A DNA stretch of 61,994 nucleotides from a virus (taxonomy: Duplodnaviria; Heunggongvirae; Uroviricota; Caudoviricetes): positions 1-61,994 of IMG/VR virus record IMGVR_UViG_3300033463_000016, one strand, 5' to 3'. Of this stretch, positions 28,526 to 38,328 are shown one piece after another (within the stretch, counting starts at the first letter, position 1; every line of letters starts with the position of its first letter). The notes beneath the pieces were generated by a model. The model searched no databases and was not told the DNA's origin. It worked only from the letters and a program-made list of their open reading frames with translations. Made by a program: the position numbers and the translations under genes.

Positions 28526-31500
28526 TGGCATACTCCAAATGAGCAAGGCTGTAATCTGTGACCCATAACTCGTTAGTTCCTTCAACTTCTACCCATTTTC
28601 CTGTTTCATCCTTGTGAACTTTTGGCTTTTTACGAACCTTGCTTATGAGAATCACATCTCCACAATCGAGAGGTGCTTTACCAAATGTTTTTTTATTGAT
28701 CTTGCAATCTAATATCGTGCCATTTTTTAGGGAATACAATTTGACTTTTGGAGAATACTTTGTATCAACCTCTAATACTGCCGCATATCCACTATAATTA
28801 TCATTTGGTGGTATATCAACGTATCCGAGATAATCAACCTGTGATTTTATGACATCATTCATAGAACGAGGTGTATAGTGAATATAGGGCGCTAATGCAG
28901 TAATCATTTCTTGCATACAACTGATTGAAAACTGCGTAGCGGATTCAGAATCAGCAAACTGTCGAGCGATGCCTTCTGGTAATGAAAGTTGCTCACATTC
29001 AGATTTCTTTAGTGTTTTTCTCTTTGAATATTTTTGGAACATTTCGTGTTGAGCAATAAGCATATTGGCGTCGCCAAATTCTTCAAAGAAGTTTAATTCA
29101 ATTAACACTGATGTTTGTTTAGAATTGATTGAAGTGTTGTTTTTAAGGTCATATAATAAATCAATGAAATTGCTGTACTTGTTTGATCGTAATTCATACA
29201 TTTCTTCGGCACATTTAGCATTTAGATTCTTAATGCTTGATATTCCCTTATATATGCTGTTATCCTCTTTTGACATAGCATAAGTACCTTTTGAATATCT
29301 GAATTTTACAGGCTTTAACTTAATACCGAAGTATTCAAGTTCCTTTGTCAATCTGGATGTTCTTGCAGAATCGCCATCATAGGCGTTTAATGCGACGGTA
29401 TAATATTCTAATGGATAGTGTGATTTCAAATATGCACCATATAGGCTATCGTAGGCATATGATAATGAGTGTGATGCGTTAAAGGAATACCTCGCAGCAT
29501 CTTGAACTATCCCCCAAGTTCCCTCAAATCCATTCATAGAGCCTACTTGTGATAACCATCCTTTTGATAGTTTAACCTTCAGATTATTAAGCTCCGCTTC
29601 CTTAAACTTTTTCTTTGAAATCTTTTTGATAATGTCATACGACCCGGTTTCAGGAATACTGAGCCAAATCAGATATTTCATTATCAATTCCTGATAGATC
29701 ATCCTATGATTACCTTCGATAAGTAAGTTATCAAGGGCTTCAACTCCCGTTGAATAGGGTTTCCGATCTATGAAGTCCTGTAATAGTTTCGCACACCCAG
29801 GTCTGATGATCGCAACAAAAGCAGACATTTCCGATACGCTATGGGGACAATATCTTGCGACTAAATCCGTAGCCCAATCACTATCGGCTTGGTTTATTGT
29901 GCAGGTCAATCGCTCTTTATAAATATCGAATGTTTTTTCATCTAACAGTTTGTCCAATTCTCTGATCGTAGGAATTGGTATTCCAGCGAGTTCACAGGTT
30001 GAACGAATCATAGACCAAACAATTACTGAAAGATAATCGTTCTTCAAATATTTATATTTGTCGCAATTGATACCATCTAATAAGCAACAATACACTCCCG
30101 CGTTGGTTCTTACTATTCCGAGTTCTTTTCTAACGGGTTTATCATATAAAAGCATTGAGCAAGGGCTTTCAGAAACGGCTACCACAACCTCACGGAAAGG
30201 TATGCTCTTTTCTATGAGTTTCCCCCACTTTTTATCTTCCGTATAGGCATCAAGATTTTTTGCAATCTCATCGTATTCGCTAATGTGCATCCCGATACCC
30301 TTGCAATAGGTTCTGAATGCTTCTGATTTTTGCATTGGTTTCCAAGTGAGCATCCACGCACAATTCTCTTTACCAAGTAAATCTTCTGTCGCCTTAATAA
30401 AAGGTTCTCTATCAGCCATATTCAAGTCAATGTCCGGTAGGCTCTTGGTTCCCAAGATTCTCTCTACAGACATAAACCTTGTCGGGAATAATGTGATAGG
30501 AGCAGCGATTCTGTCAATATCAGTTAGCCCTAATAGTTTAGTAATATAGAATGATGGAGCAGAGCCACGACCCGTATTTGTGAGTTTGCCGCCATATTTT
30601 TCCTGCCCGTTCTTAGCTACGATGTAGTCAATAAGGAAGTAGTTTTCCATATGGGTTTTCTCTACAATATCAAGTTCGTATCTTATGGCTTCTTCATATT
30701 CACTCCAACGTTCCTCTGGGACATTGTTTCTCTCCTTACTCCACTGTGAGGCTATTAGATTCCTCAAATCTTCCGTAGGATTTTTGGAAATGTTCGGAAG
30801 TTTAATATCATCATTGATTAATGTGATTGGTTCGCATTCATCAAAAATGTTTGTATTGTTCAGCATTTCAGTGACAATTTGCCTTGAACAAACACCTTGC
30901 TGCTCGTACCTTTCAAATATTGTATCCTCTGATGGATAATCAAGAATCATTCCATCTTCGCGGATATAAGACATTCCCTTTGCACGTAATAGAATATCTC
31001 TGTATGATGAATCTTCCGGGAGAATGTAATGGCTATCATTAGCGTGAATGATTGGAATGCCGGTCATTTTATGTAAATCCAACATTCTCCTGTTGACTTC
31101 TTTTTGAAGGTCAATATTATGATCCTGTAATTCTAAGAAGAAATTGCCCTTAAACTTGTTATTCAACGCCAAAACCAGTTCGGTATCTTTCCAAATACCA
31201 GCAACACAAGCCGTTGTAATAATGAAATTTTGCGGTTCTAACGAAAATAATAGTTGCTTATCAATTCTTGGACGAGAATAGAATCCGGTTATATGCGCCT
31301 CCGACATAATATCATTAAGCTGCATTACCCCATCATTATTTTTTGCAATCACAATTAGATGGCGTCTATATTCGCCGGGATTCTTTTCAAATCTATCGTC
31401 CACATAATATGCTTCTGTACCGTAGCACATTTTTAGATTGTATTTGTGTGATTGCTCCATCCAATCGAAGATATTGCCGGTAACTCCGTGATTTACAGTG

Positions 31501-31616
31501 AATACTGTGTCGTGTCCTAATTCAACGGCTCTTTTGCAATAATCCTCTGGCTTCACGGCTACGTCCATTATCCAAGGATTGCCATAGTGGTCGTGTTTGT
31601 GATAATTTTTATACAT
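28518..31616 (-). CDS. dnaE: DNA polymerase III alpha subunit (family C, DnaE-type)
   Basis: PHP domain 'HKHDHYG', 'GRGSA', 'LPDIDL', 'KNDYL', 'YSFNASH' and 'GISSIK'. Confidence 0.95.
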   Translation of the reverse strand: MYKNYHKHDHYGNPWIMDVAVKPEDYCKRAVELGHDTVFTVNHGVTGNIFDWMEQSHKYNLKMCYGTEAYYVDDRFEKNPGEYRRHLIVIAKNNDGVMQLNDIMSEAHITGFYSRPRIDKQLLFSLEPQNFIITTACVAGIWKDTELVLALNNKFKGNFFLELQDHNIDLQKEVNRRMLDLHKMTGIPIIHANDSHYILPEDSSYRDILLRAKGMSYIREDGMILDYPSEDTIFERYEQQGVCSRQIVTEMLNNTNIFDECEPITLINDDIKLPNISKNPTEDLRNLIASQWSKERNNVPEERWSEYEEAIRYELDIVEKTHMENYFLIDYIVAKNGQEKYGGKLTNTGRGSAPSFYITKLLGLTDIDRIAAPITLFPTRFMSVERILGTKSLPDIDLNMADREPFIKATEDLLGKENCAWMLTWKPMQKSEAFRTYCKGIGMHISEYDEIAKNLDAYTEDKKWGKLIEKSIPFREVVVAVSESPCSMLLYDKPVRKELGIVRTNAGVYCCLLDGINCDKYKYLKNDYLSVIVWSMIRSTCELAGIPIPTIRELDKLLDEKTFDIYKERLTCTINQADSDWATDLVARYCPHSVSEMSAFVAIIRPGCAKLLQDFIDRKPYSTGVEALDNLLIEGNHRMIYQELIMKYLIWLSIPETGSYDIIKKISKKKFKEAELNNLKVKLSKGWLSQVGSMNGFEGTWGIVQDAARYSFNASHSLSYAYDSLYGAYLKSHYPLEYYTVALNAYDGDSARTSRLTKELEYFGIKLKPVKFRYSKGTYAMSKEDNSIYKGISSIKNLNAKCAEEMYELRSNKYSNFIDLLYDLKNNTSINSKQTSVLIELNFFEEFGDANMLIAQHEMFQKYSKRKTLKKSECEQLSLPEGIARQFADSESATQFSISCMQEMITALAPYIHYTPRSMNDVIKSQVDYLGYVDIPPNDNYSGYAAVLEVDTKYSPKVKLYSLKNGTILDCKINKKTFGKAPLDCGDVILISKVRKKPKVHKDETGKWVEVEGTNELWVTDYSLAHLEYANE

Positions 31617-32409
31617 CTGAACCTCTAATACTCATTAGCCTGTATTCACAACTGTTTCGGAAATTACATAAATTCGTACAATAGAAGAAATCTTCATTTG
31701 GTTCAAATTCAATTTCTTTTTCGATTTCTTTTATGACATCATCGAACCAGATCATTGTTTCATTATAGGTTTCCTTTATGAATGGGATGGTTGCGAATTT
31801 ACCACCATCTTTAAATAGATTCCAAGTCATTTCCTTGGGAAACTCACCATACAACTGATATATGGCGTGAGAATACAAATACATCTGCTTCTTGTACCCA
31901 TTGAAACTCTTTTCCTCTTTCTTTTTCAGTGTCCCGTCCTTTTTGAAAGGATATTCTGCACTTTTGTGATCCAGGATTACGATTCTGCCATCTTTTTTAT
32001 CTCTCAGAAGTAAATCTATAAATCCAATGAATGGTAAACCATTCACAGTGAATTCAACTTCTTTTTCAACACCGAGAATTTCATAATTGTCTATCCAACT
32101 TATATCTAATGTCGCAAAATAATCGGACATAATGGCAAGGTTTTTCTCCATAGTAGACTTTCGCACCTTGTAGTAGATTCGATCGTCATAATTGTCAATG
32201 AAGTAATCCAAAGCATCTTCCGGCTTCAATTCTTTTTCAAAAATCATAGCCAGTATTTCGTGTATGTAACTACCAAATTCTGCGTAGTAATTGCCCTCGG
32301 AAAAATATAGATCGTCATCGTTCACGACGTAATTTAGATAGTATTCGTATTTGCAATTATGAAAACTGGTGGTGCGAGAGTACGAATAACGTGTCTTTTC
32401 GTTTTCTAT
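31609..32409 (-). CDS. PD-(D/E)XK (RecB-like) nuclease; the SD-predicted start codon is ATA
   Basis: 'SYSR...F..C', 'FGSYIHEIL', 'GFIDLL..D....ILDHKS' and C-terminal 'CxxxCxF.xC'. Confidence 0.8.
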   Translation of the reverse strand: MENEKTRYSYSRTTSFHNCKYEYYLNYVVNDDDLYFSEGNYYAEFGSYIHEILAMIFEKELKPEDALDYFIDNYDDRIYYKVRKSTMEKNLAIMSDYFATLDISWIDNYEILGVEKEVEFTVNGLPFIGFIDLLLRDKKDGRIVILDHKSAEYPFKKDGTLKKKEEKSFNGYKKQMYLYSHAIYQLYGEFPKEMTWNLFKDGGKFATIPFIKETYNETMIWFDDVIKEIEKEIEFEPNEDFFYCTNLCNFRNSCEYRLMSIRGSDV

Positions 32410-32413
32410 ATCC

Positions 32414-33427
32414 TTACACCACCTTTCTTTTATTTGCGTATAATTCTTCCCATATTTCCAACCCGCAATCAACGGGAGAGTTTTTTGTAGCGATGCCACC
32501 CAAAAGTTCATCATCGTCGGCGATGATATATACATTGGTTACTCTTTTGAGTTTGTCTATGTTTTCAGCCACTTCACCAGATGAATAGTCAACATCGGTA
32601 TCGTATCCGATAACAATATCCGCGTGTAAACTGACCAATAATAAGATTTGTTCAGGAGTCAATGTATGTTTTTCAGCAGAGATGCAGTTTTTGTATCCCC
32701 ATTCATATGCTTTCATCACACTTTTGATGGATTCAAAAACAATAACTTCGTGCTGCTCTCGAATATACGGCAATGCCTTTTCTAAACTTTGTAGATAATC
32801 CATAGTGCCTATCTTGTAGTAGTTTATGTACTTGGCTATATCCAACTTTTTATAGTTTGTATATCTTGTACGCCCTTTAATATTGATTAGTTTGCCGTTA
32901 ATATCAAATACCGGATAAACAATACGATTACCTATATCATCTATTCTGATTCCAAATTCTTTTTGGGTTTCGGCGCTTATATTTTCATCAAGCCATTCTT
33001 CTGCTGGCTTTAATTTGTACCTATATAACTCCGATTTTTTAATCTCAGGATGAACGGCAACTTCAACCTGTTTTGGAGTCAAATATGGTCGCCATTTCTT
33101 TAGAAGAATTATGGTTGGGGATTGGCACATTTGAGAAGTATCAATCTTAGCAATTCGGGAGGCTTTCTCGACTGCTTCATCGAATGTTAGCCCCTCGAAT
33201 TGCATTAAGTAGCCAATCATCTTTCCTTTTGCCCCACAAGAGAAGCAATAGAAAGAATTCTCTGAAGGAGTGAAAGACAAGGAAGGTGTTTTATCTTCGT
33301 GTAAGGGGCAATGAGCAAAATAATCATCACCCTTCTGCACCAAGTCCAAAGATTCTCTCACATAGGCTAATAAATCGGCTTTTTCGTTGATTTCTTGTAA
33401 CATTTCATCATCGTATTTAATAGCCAA
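32414..33427 (-). CDS. dnaG: DNA primase (CHC2 zinc finger + Toprim)
   Basis: 'CPLHEDKTPS...CFSC', Toprim 'VFE' and 'GYDTD'; AAGGAG SD with TTG start. Confidence 0.9.
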   Translation of the reverse strand: MAIKYDDEMLQEINEKADLLAYVRESLDLVQKGDDYFAHCPLHEDKTPSLSFTPSENSFYCFSCGAKGKMIGYLMQFEGLTFDEAVEKASRIAKIDTSQMCQSPTIILLKKWRPYLTPKQVEVAVHPEIKKSELYRYKLKPAEEWLDENISAETQKEFGIRIDDIGNRIVYPVFDINGKLINIKGRTRYTNYKKLDIAKYINYYKIGTMDYLQSLEKALPYIREQHEVIVFESIKSVMKAYEWGYKNCISAEKHTLTPEQILLLVSLHADIVIGYDTDVDYSSGEVAENIDKLKRVTNVYIIADDDELLGGIATKNSPVDCGLEIWEELYANKRKVV

Positions 33428-33442
33428 TGTTAATCTCCTTCC

Positions 33443-34801
33443 CTAAAAGTATGTATCTTTGACTCTCTTATGTTGTGTTTTTGATTCTGTAATGGTCATT
33501 ATGTCGCCTCGGAAAACAAAGTCGATATAATCTTCATCGTCATCCTCTTGCATTTGCCTACCGAGTCGGTTGACATATACTTTGGCGTAAGTGTTACCGC
33601 ATTCCATAGTATCTTTTTGAACCAACGATTCAGGTTTGAAATCCCACTTAATGCCGACAGATAAGTAACGGTTAATCTTATCTGAATCTGCAACTTCGCC
33701 TGAGCGATTAAGCTGACAGGCTGATAGAACTGCGAGTTCCAATTCACCGGCGATCCTGTTCTTTAAGAAATCGCATTTAGCACCGAGGATGTTATAGTTA
33801 TCACTTGTTGATGTTTCGTTTGATTTGATGTAGTCAAAAACAACGAATTGTAAACCGATCTGATACTTTAACATCTTACAGATTGAGTACAATTTCTCGT
33901 TGGTCATCTGGGGATCATAGATATGTACAAACGGCTGTTTCTTTAGCCATTCGATACTCTTTTGGATTTTTGCGGCTTCCTGATTGTTATAATTACCATT
34001 TTTGATTCGCTTTACTTCAATCCCTGTAATATGAGATAGAAGTCTTTCTGTATATAAGCGCGTTGGCATTTCGGTATCTACAACGAGTGTTGCTATACCG
34101 TTTTGCAATTTATGTACAGCCTCATTCATAAGGAAAACAGATTTGCCACGCTTATATTTGGCTTGTAATACTGCAAGTTCTCCAATCTCATAGGTGAAGT
34201 ATTCATTCAACAATGAGAATTTTGAGAGAATACCAGACAATCCATTTTCGTTACGCCGGCTAACGATTTCTCCCCAAATTGAATCAATGTCACTTCCGAG
34301 AGTGTGTACTTCGTTGTGAACTATATATCTTTGAGTCAAATCATCAAGCTCGTCCGAAACGCTAACATTGAGTTCGTCCAAGTCGATATTTTTCTGATAA
34401 CATCTCTTTTCTATTTTTTTTAGGGTGAATATTAATTCTCGCTTAAAGGAATTGCTGACGATGTTATTTGCAAATACTTGGTATTCTTCTAACGTATCCC
34501 TTGCGGTCTGTCTATATAAACCCATCAATTCTTGGATCGATGGAAGATTCAATGATTCGAGTTTTTGTTTAACTCCACGATGGCTGTTGATCTTACTCGA
34601 TAAGTTATAGGCATCCAAATTAGTGACGCCATCTTTATAAAGCTCTCGAATAGCCCAATACAAACAACCGTTTTCTTTGTTGTAAAAGTATTCCGGCTTT
34701 AGGTAATCACTATGTAAGATAAAATCGGGGTGCGCGAATAACGTGCCTATAACTGCACCCTCTGATTGAATATCGGATAGTTCCGCGATTTCGTTTTTTA
34801 T
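33443..34801 (-). CDS. dnaB: DnaB-like replicative helicase, 452 aa if started at ATA 34801
   Basis: Walker A 'AKYKRGKS', 'DTEM', 'FDYIK' and 'CQLNR'. The N-terminal 'IQSEGAVIGTL' segment lies upstream of the ORF-track TTG (34663). Confidence 0.9.
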   Translation of the reverse strand: MKNEIAELSDIQSEGAVIGTLFAHPDFILHSDYLKPEYFYNKENGCLYWAIRELYKDGVTNLDAYNLSSKINSHRGVKQKLESLNLPSIQELMGLYRQTARDTLEEYQVFANNIVSNSFKRELIFTLKKIEKRCYQKNIDLDELNVSVSDELDDLTQRYIVHNEVHTLGSDIDSIWGEIVSRRNENGLSGILSKFSLLNEYFTYEIGELAVLQAKYKRGKSVFLMNEAVHKLQNGIATLVVDTEMPTRLYTERLLSHITGIEVKRIKNGNYNNQEAAKIQKSIEWLKKQPFVHIYDPQMTNEKLYSICKMLKYQIGLQFVVFDYIKSNETSTSDNYNILGAKCDFLKNRIAGELELAVLSACQLNRSGEVADSDKINRYLSVGIKWDFKPESLVQKDTMECGNTYAKVYVNRLGRQMQEDDDEDYIDFVFRGDIMTITESKTQHKRVKDTYF

Positions 34802-35340
34802 TGTTTCTCACCCCTCAAAATACTGCCAAAACCAGTTGGTTTAGGTTTACTTATTTTGAATGATGGTGAATCAGTAGGATTATCTATCGGTAATTCATTA
34901 TTCTCCCACATCTTTTTTCGAGCTGCGGCTTGATATGCTTTCTTGATGTAATCCTTATCAACGAAATATTTGAAACCCATTGGATAACGCAAATTCAAGC
35001 GGTGATCTATGATGTAATCTAATGTAAATGCCAAATATTCGCTTGAAATTCCTCTGGCAAGAAGTTCGTTTAAGCATCGGTTTAATTCGCTAAATACAAC
35101 AGTTTGATTAATATGAGTCACCCATTGGTTACGGATATATTTCAAATCATTTTTTGTTTTCTTTTCGCGTCTTGCAATTGCTTTTGCTTCTTCCAGACAA
35201 TCCTTGTGATAGTAATGACCTTTATGGATCATCAGATAATCATCTTTATAGATGTCTATTTTACCGCCGTGTTTGCATTTGTTATATCGGCAAGTTCTTA
35301 TGTGTTTTTTGGGGTTCACTGAAAATTCCGATATTGACAT
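34798..35340 (-). CDS. Hypothetical replication-module protein (possible helicase loader/initiator)
   Basis: CxxxxC/HxxC N-terminus; coupled to dnaB. Function inferred from synteny only. Confidence 0.5.
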   Translation of the reverse strand: MSISEFSVNPKKHIRTCRYNKCKHGGKIDIYKDDYLMIHKGHYYHKDCLEEAKAIARREKKTKNDLKYIRNQWVTHINQTVVFSELNRCLNELLARGISSEYLAFTLDYIIDHRLNLRYPMGFKYFVDKDYIKKAYQAAARKKMWENNELPIDNPTDSPSFKISKPKPTGFGSILRGEKQ

Positions 35341-35957
35341 TATTCTTTTTCCTCCATTAAATATGTAGCTTCCAAATCGGCAATGCTAATGGCTAATACC
35401 AGAGGATATTTCTCAATAGCAGCGGATAATGTCTTATGGCTTTCTTTAGGTTCAGAGAATCCCATATGCCAACGAATAGCATATCGCTCAATTGGTTCCA
35501 ATTTGATATACTGTTCAATCATCATTACTGACTTTTCGCCGTGACCGTAAGGAATCCGGTCATCAACCGTATAGCTCTCATATGATTCCCAATCAAATCG
35601 ACCTATACTATCTTTTTTGGTTCCGTTATCCGAATAAATCTTTCTATTACGAACCTCTTTTGCGTAAAAGTAAGATTTACATATATCGTGTAATAAGGCG
35701 GCGATCGTAATATTGGTCTGTGTGGCATTGCACGATTCAGCCCAAAGTTGATCGTCAAGTTTTTTAATGAGCCTGTTATATACGTTCAAAGAGTGTTCCA
35801 ATAAACCACCCTCGTGACAGGAATGGTAAACTGTACTTGCGGGGGCAGTATAGAAATCTGATTTGCGGATAAACGCAATCAAATCTTCTATACCTTCCCT
35901 ATTGGTTTCCCTCAATAAACGCTCGAACAGTTCAATGTTGCCCTTGCTATCCGCCAT
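35340..35957 (-). CDS. HD-domain phosphohydrolase
   Basis: 'YHSCHEGGLLEHS', 'LLHDICK', 'GHGEKS' and 'IRWHMG'. Confidence 0.85.
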   Translation of the reverse strand: MADSKGNIELFERLLRETNREGIEDLIAFIRKSDFYTAPASTVYHSCHEGGLLEHSLNVYNRLIKKLDDQLWAESCNATQTNITIAALLHDICKSYFYAKEVRNRKIYSDNGTKKDSIGRFDWESYESYTVDDRIPYGHGEKSVMMIEQYIKLEPIERYAIRWHMGFSEPKESHKTLSAAIEKYPLVLAISIADLEATYLMEEKE

Positions 35958-35959
35958 AA

Positions 35960-36505
35960 TTAGAACGGTAGATCATCTTCACCGGATTCTTCATCTGGTT
36001 CAGTTTCGGGAGTCATTTGTTTCTTTGTCTTTGTGGTTTTTTCAGCCTTTGCGGTTTTCTTGGTAGATTTGCTCTCTGATGCGCTCTTATTGCTTTTTGC
36101 GTTTTCTTCTACAAGTTCAAACGCAAAAATAGCGTAATTGTGATACGTCTTTTCTGTTTTTGAACTGAAATATGTTGTAGCTTCGCAGGAGGTAATCTGA
36201 ATAGGCAATCCTAAAGTCTTACCTTTTGAATCGGTTGGGATGCTTAGTCCCATAACCTTTTCGTAAGCATTTCCGACAAAGCGGATGAACCCATCTTGAA
36301 AATCGGGAATCCAATTCTTCCCGTCGGCTGCCTTACGGCTTGTACTTAACCTGCATTCAGCATAAGACTCCTTATCCTCAATTTCCCAAATACGGGCATA
36401 TCCGCCTGTTCTATTTTTTGCGAGAGCGTCTGATAGAACATTTTCGTCAATGCCAAGTGCATCCGCTAAACCTTTAATATAAATATTTGCTTGTCTAAAA
36501 CCCAT
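35960..36505 (-). CDS. Single-stranded DNA-binding protein-like
   Basis: OB-fold-like core, acidic tail ending 'DDLPF'; next to the SSAP gene. Confidence 0.7.
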   Translation of the reverse strand: MGFRQANIYIKGLADALGIDENVLSDALAKNRTGGYARIWEIEDKESYAECRLSTSRKAADGKNWIPDFQDGFIRFVGNAYEKVMGLSIPTDSKGKTLGLPIQITSCEATTYFSSKTEKTYHNYAIFAFELVEENAKSNKSASESKSTKKTAKAEKTTKTKKQMTPETEPDEESGEDDLPF

Positions 36506-36518
36506 TATGTTGCACCTA

Positions 36519-37157
36519 TTACTTTCTTATCTTCAATAATTGCTTACGTAACTTTTCGAGGACATCAATATCGTTGATGTTTTCGATCTTGCCGGTGATG
36601 TATGAATCATCCAGATCGGGATTAGTTTCTTTCTCTGCTGTTTTGCAAAGATTAATTGCTTCTTCCTGTGCCTTGTCTGACAGTTTTGACTTCGATTTTG
36701 CCAATCCCTTAACTACTTCTTGGAGTTCAAGAATCTTGCCCTCTGTTTCGGGAATATCCTCATTCATATACAGATAACCGCCGATTCCCAATCTTGCGAT
36801 ACACTTGGTAAGGCTTCTTTGGATTGTCTTATTGACAGCCATTGCATCAACTTTATCGTAAGGGATCGCATTGTTTCTGAAATCCATACAGGGCAAATAT
36901 TCGGTAACAGTATGCTCTCGTTTGATATTATCGTCATCAAACCACACGATAGTAACCGACGTTTTGACGTGACAACCAATAGGATCGCGCCATACAAGCA
37001 TTCCATCCTCTGTTTCGTGGACAGTTGAATATGATAGTGGAAATCTCTCTTTGAGCTTTTGCCAAGCCCACATCCAACTGAGATACTTCATTCCATTCTT
37101 TTCTCTAACGTAATCATTAACGTTAATTTCACTCAGTTCTTTGAACCAATTTTCGAT
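36519..37157 (-). CDS. Sak/DUF1071-like single-strand annealing protein; the SD-predicted start codon is ATC
   Basis: 'KNGMKYLSW.WAW', 'EYLPCMD.RNNAI' and 'NKTIQRSLTKCIA.LGIG.YLY..ED.P'. Confidence 0.85.
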   Translation of the reverse strand: MENWFKELSEINVNDYVREKNGMKYLSWMWAWQKLKERFPLSYSTVHETEDGMLVWRDPIGCHVKTSVTIVWFDDDNIKREHTVTEYLPCMDFRNNAIPYDKVDAMAVNKTIQRSLTKCIARLGIGGYLYMNEDIPETEGKILELQEVVKGLAKSKSKLSDKAQEEAINLCKTAEKETNPDLDDSYITGKIENINDIDVLEKLRKQLLKIRK

Positions 37158-37207
37158 AGTAACACCTCCCAAAAATGAAGTAAATAAAAAACTAATTTTA
37201 TTGTCAG

Positions 37208-37290
37208 TTTTGATTCTTATTTAGAATTATAACAGCATTTTTGATTCTTTATAAGAATTATAAATGCCTTTTAATTCTTTCATAGAACAA
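37208..37290. repeat. Three ~30-bp tandem units, each with an ATTCT-N5-AGAA(T/C) palindrome; overlaps TATAAT boxes upstream of the replication genes
   Basis: Units begin at 37208, 37239 and 37269. Confidence 0.7.
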
Positions 37291-37353
37291 TCATCTACAC
37301 CAACTCCTTCACTTTTTGCTATCTATATCATCACTCATAAATGAGTGTAATTT

Positions 37354-38328
37354 TTAGTGCGCTTTAGTGTCGGCTTCGTGTAGAAGAAGAATATCGTCAT
37401 ACATTTTGCCGAGCATTGCCTTATCTCTCTTGACACATCTCTCTGATTGCTTCCATTGGATATAAGGGTGCATATGATAGTAGATGATGTTTGCGACATA
37501 TGTAATTTTCTCGGAATCATTACCAGCAAGGTTCAGCACATAAAACATAGAGTCGTATGATCCTGTATTTTGGTGCTGGTAATAATGACAGTTACCATCA
37601 TCAATACCTTTGCGATTTGTGCGAGTCTTTGTGAAAAGTTTACCGTTGTCGTGAAGTTTCGCAGCAACATATAACATAAAGTTGTCCGGTCTATTGATTA
37701 CAACGTATCCCGATGCTTTCTCACAATGTTCTCCGAGAGTTAAACTATGGTGTTTATTCTCTTGATCGAATTTGTTTGCCTGGGTAAAGAATGAACCAAC
37801 AGTGTATGTATTTTCGTGATTGTCAAAGGCAAACTCATATTCAATTTCTTGGAATCCCTCTCCCTTATGTGGCGGCTCCCAATTCATATACATACGTTTG
37901 ATTGCTTTGCCAGGAACTTGGCGTTCTCTTTGAGAATTGCGTTCCAGACAAACTTCATAAGGAACAGCCATCACGATCGCATACGGGACGCAGCGTGTAT
38001 TCTTAATTTGCTGAAGGAAATGAATCCTTTGCTTCTTATTGATGTTTGTTGCATCATACACGACATCTCTGCCAGCCCTCAAATCTTCAATGATTCTCTT
38101 ATGTAGTAGATTGAACACTTTTTCGTGATCTATCTGTAAACTCTCGTCACCATACAATTCCTTGCGGATAGCGTCGGACGAATGGACTTTCGGGGGAACA
38201 GCAGAATCAATATATGAATCTCTAATAACTGTGATGGTTTCTGCGAATGTGGATTTTCCGCTTCCAGGCAACCCACAAAGCATAATCATAAAAGGACTAC
38301 CATCAGAATTACGTTTCAGTATTTTCAA
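37354..38328 (-). CDS. Polynucleotide kinase (AAA_33-like P-loop) fused to an HD domain
   Basis: 'CGLPGSGKST', 'SSDAIRKEL', 'YDATN'; C-terminal 'HH..TLGEH...LHD.GK...Y.H'. Confidence 0.8.
   Translation of the reverse strand: MKILKRNSDGSPFMIMLCGLPGSGKSTFAETITVIRDSYIDSAVPPKVHSSDAIRKELYGDESLQIDHEKVFNLLHKRIIEDLRAGRDVVYDATNINKKQRIHFLQQIKNTRCVPYAIVMAVPYEVCLERNSQRERQVPGKAIKRMYMNWEPPHKGEGFQEIEYEFAFDNHENTYTVGSFFTQANKFDQENKHHSLTLGEHCEKASGYVVINRPDNFMLYVAAKLHDNGKLFTKTRTNRKGIDDGNCHYYQHQNTGSYDSMFYVLNLAGNDSEKITYVANIIYYHMHPYIQWKQSERCVKRDKAMLGKMYDDILLLHEADTKAH

Noticed and set aside
37208-37290. Mini CRISPR array or LexA (Cheo) boxes
   Set aside because: Units are separated by only about 5-6 nt and there are no cas genes. 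The palindrome is TTC...GAA with N5 spacing, not GAAC-N4-GTTC.
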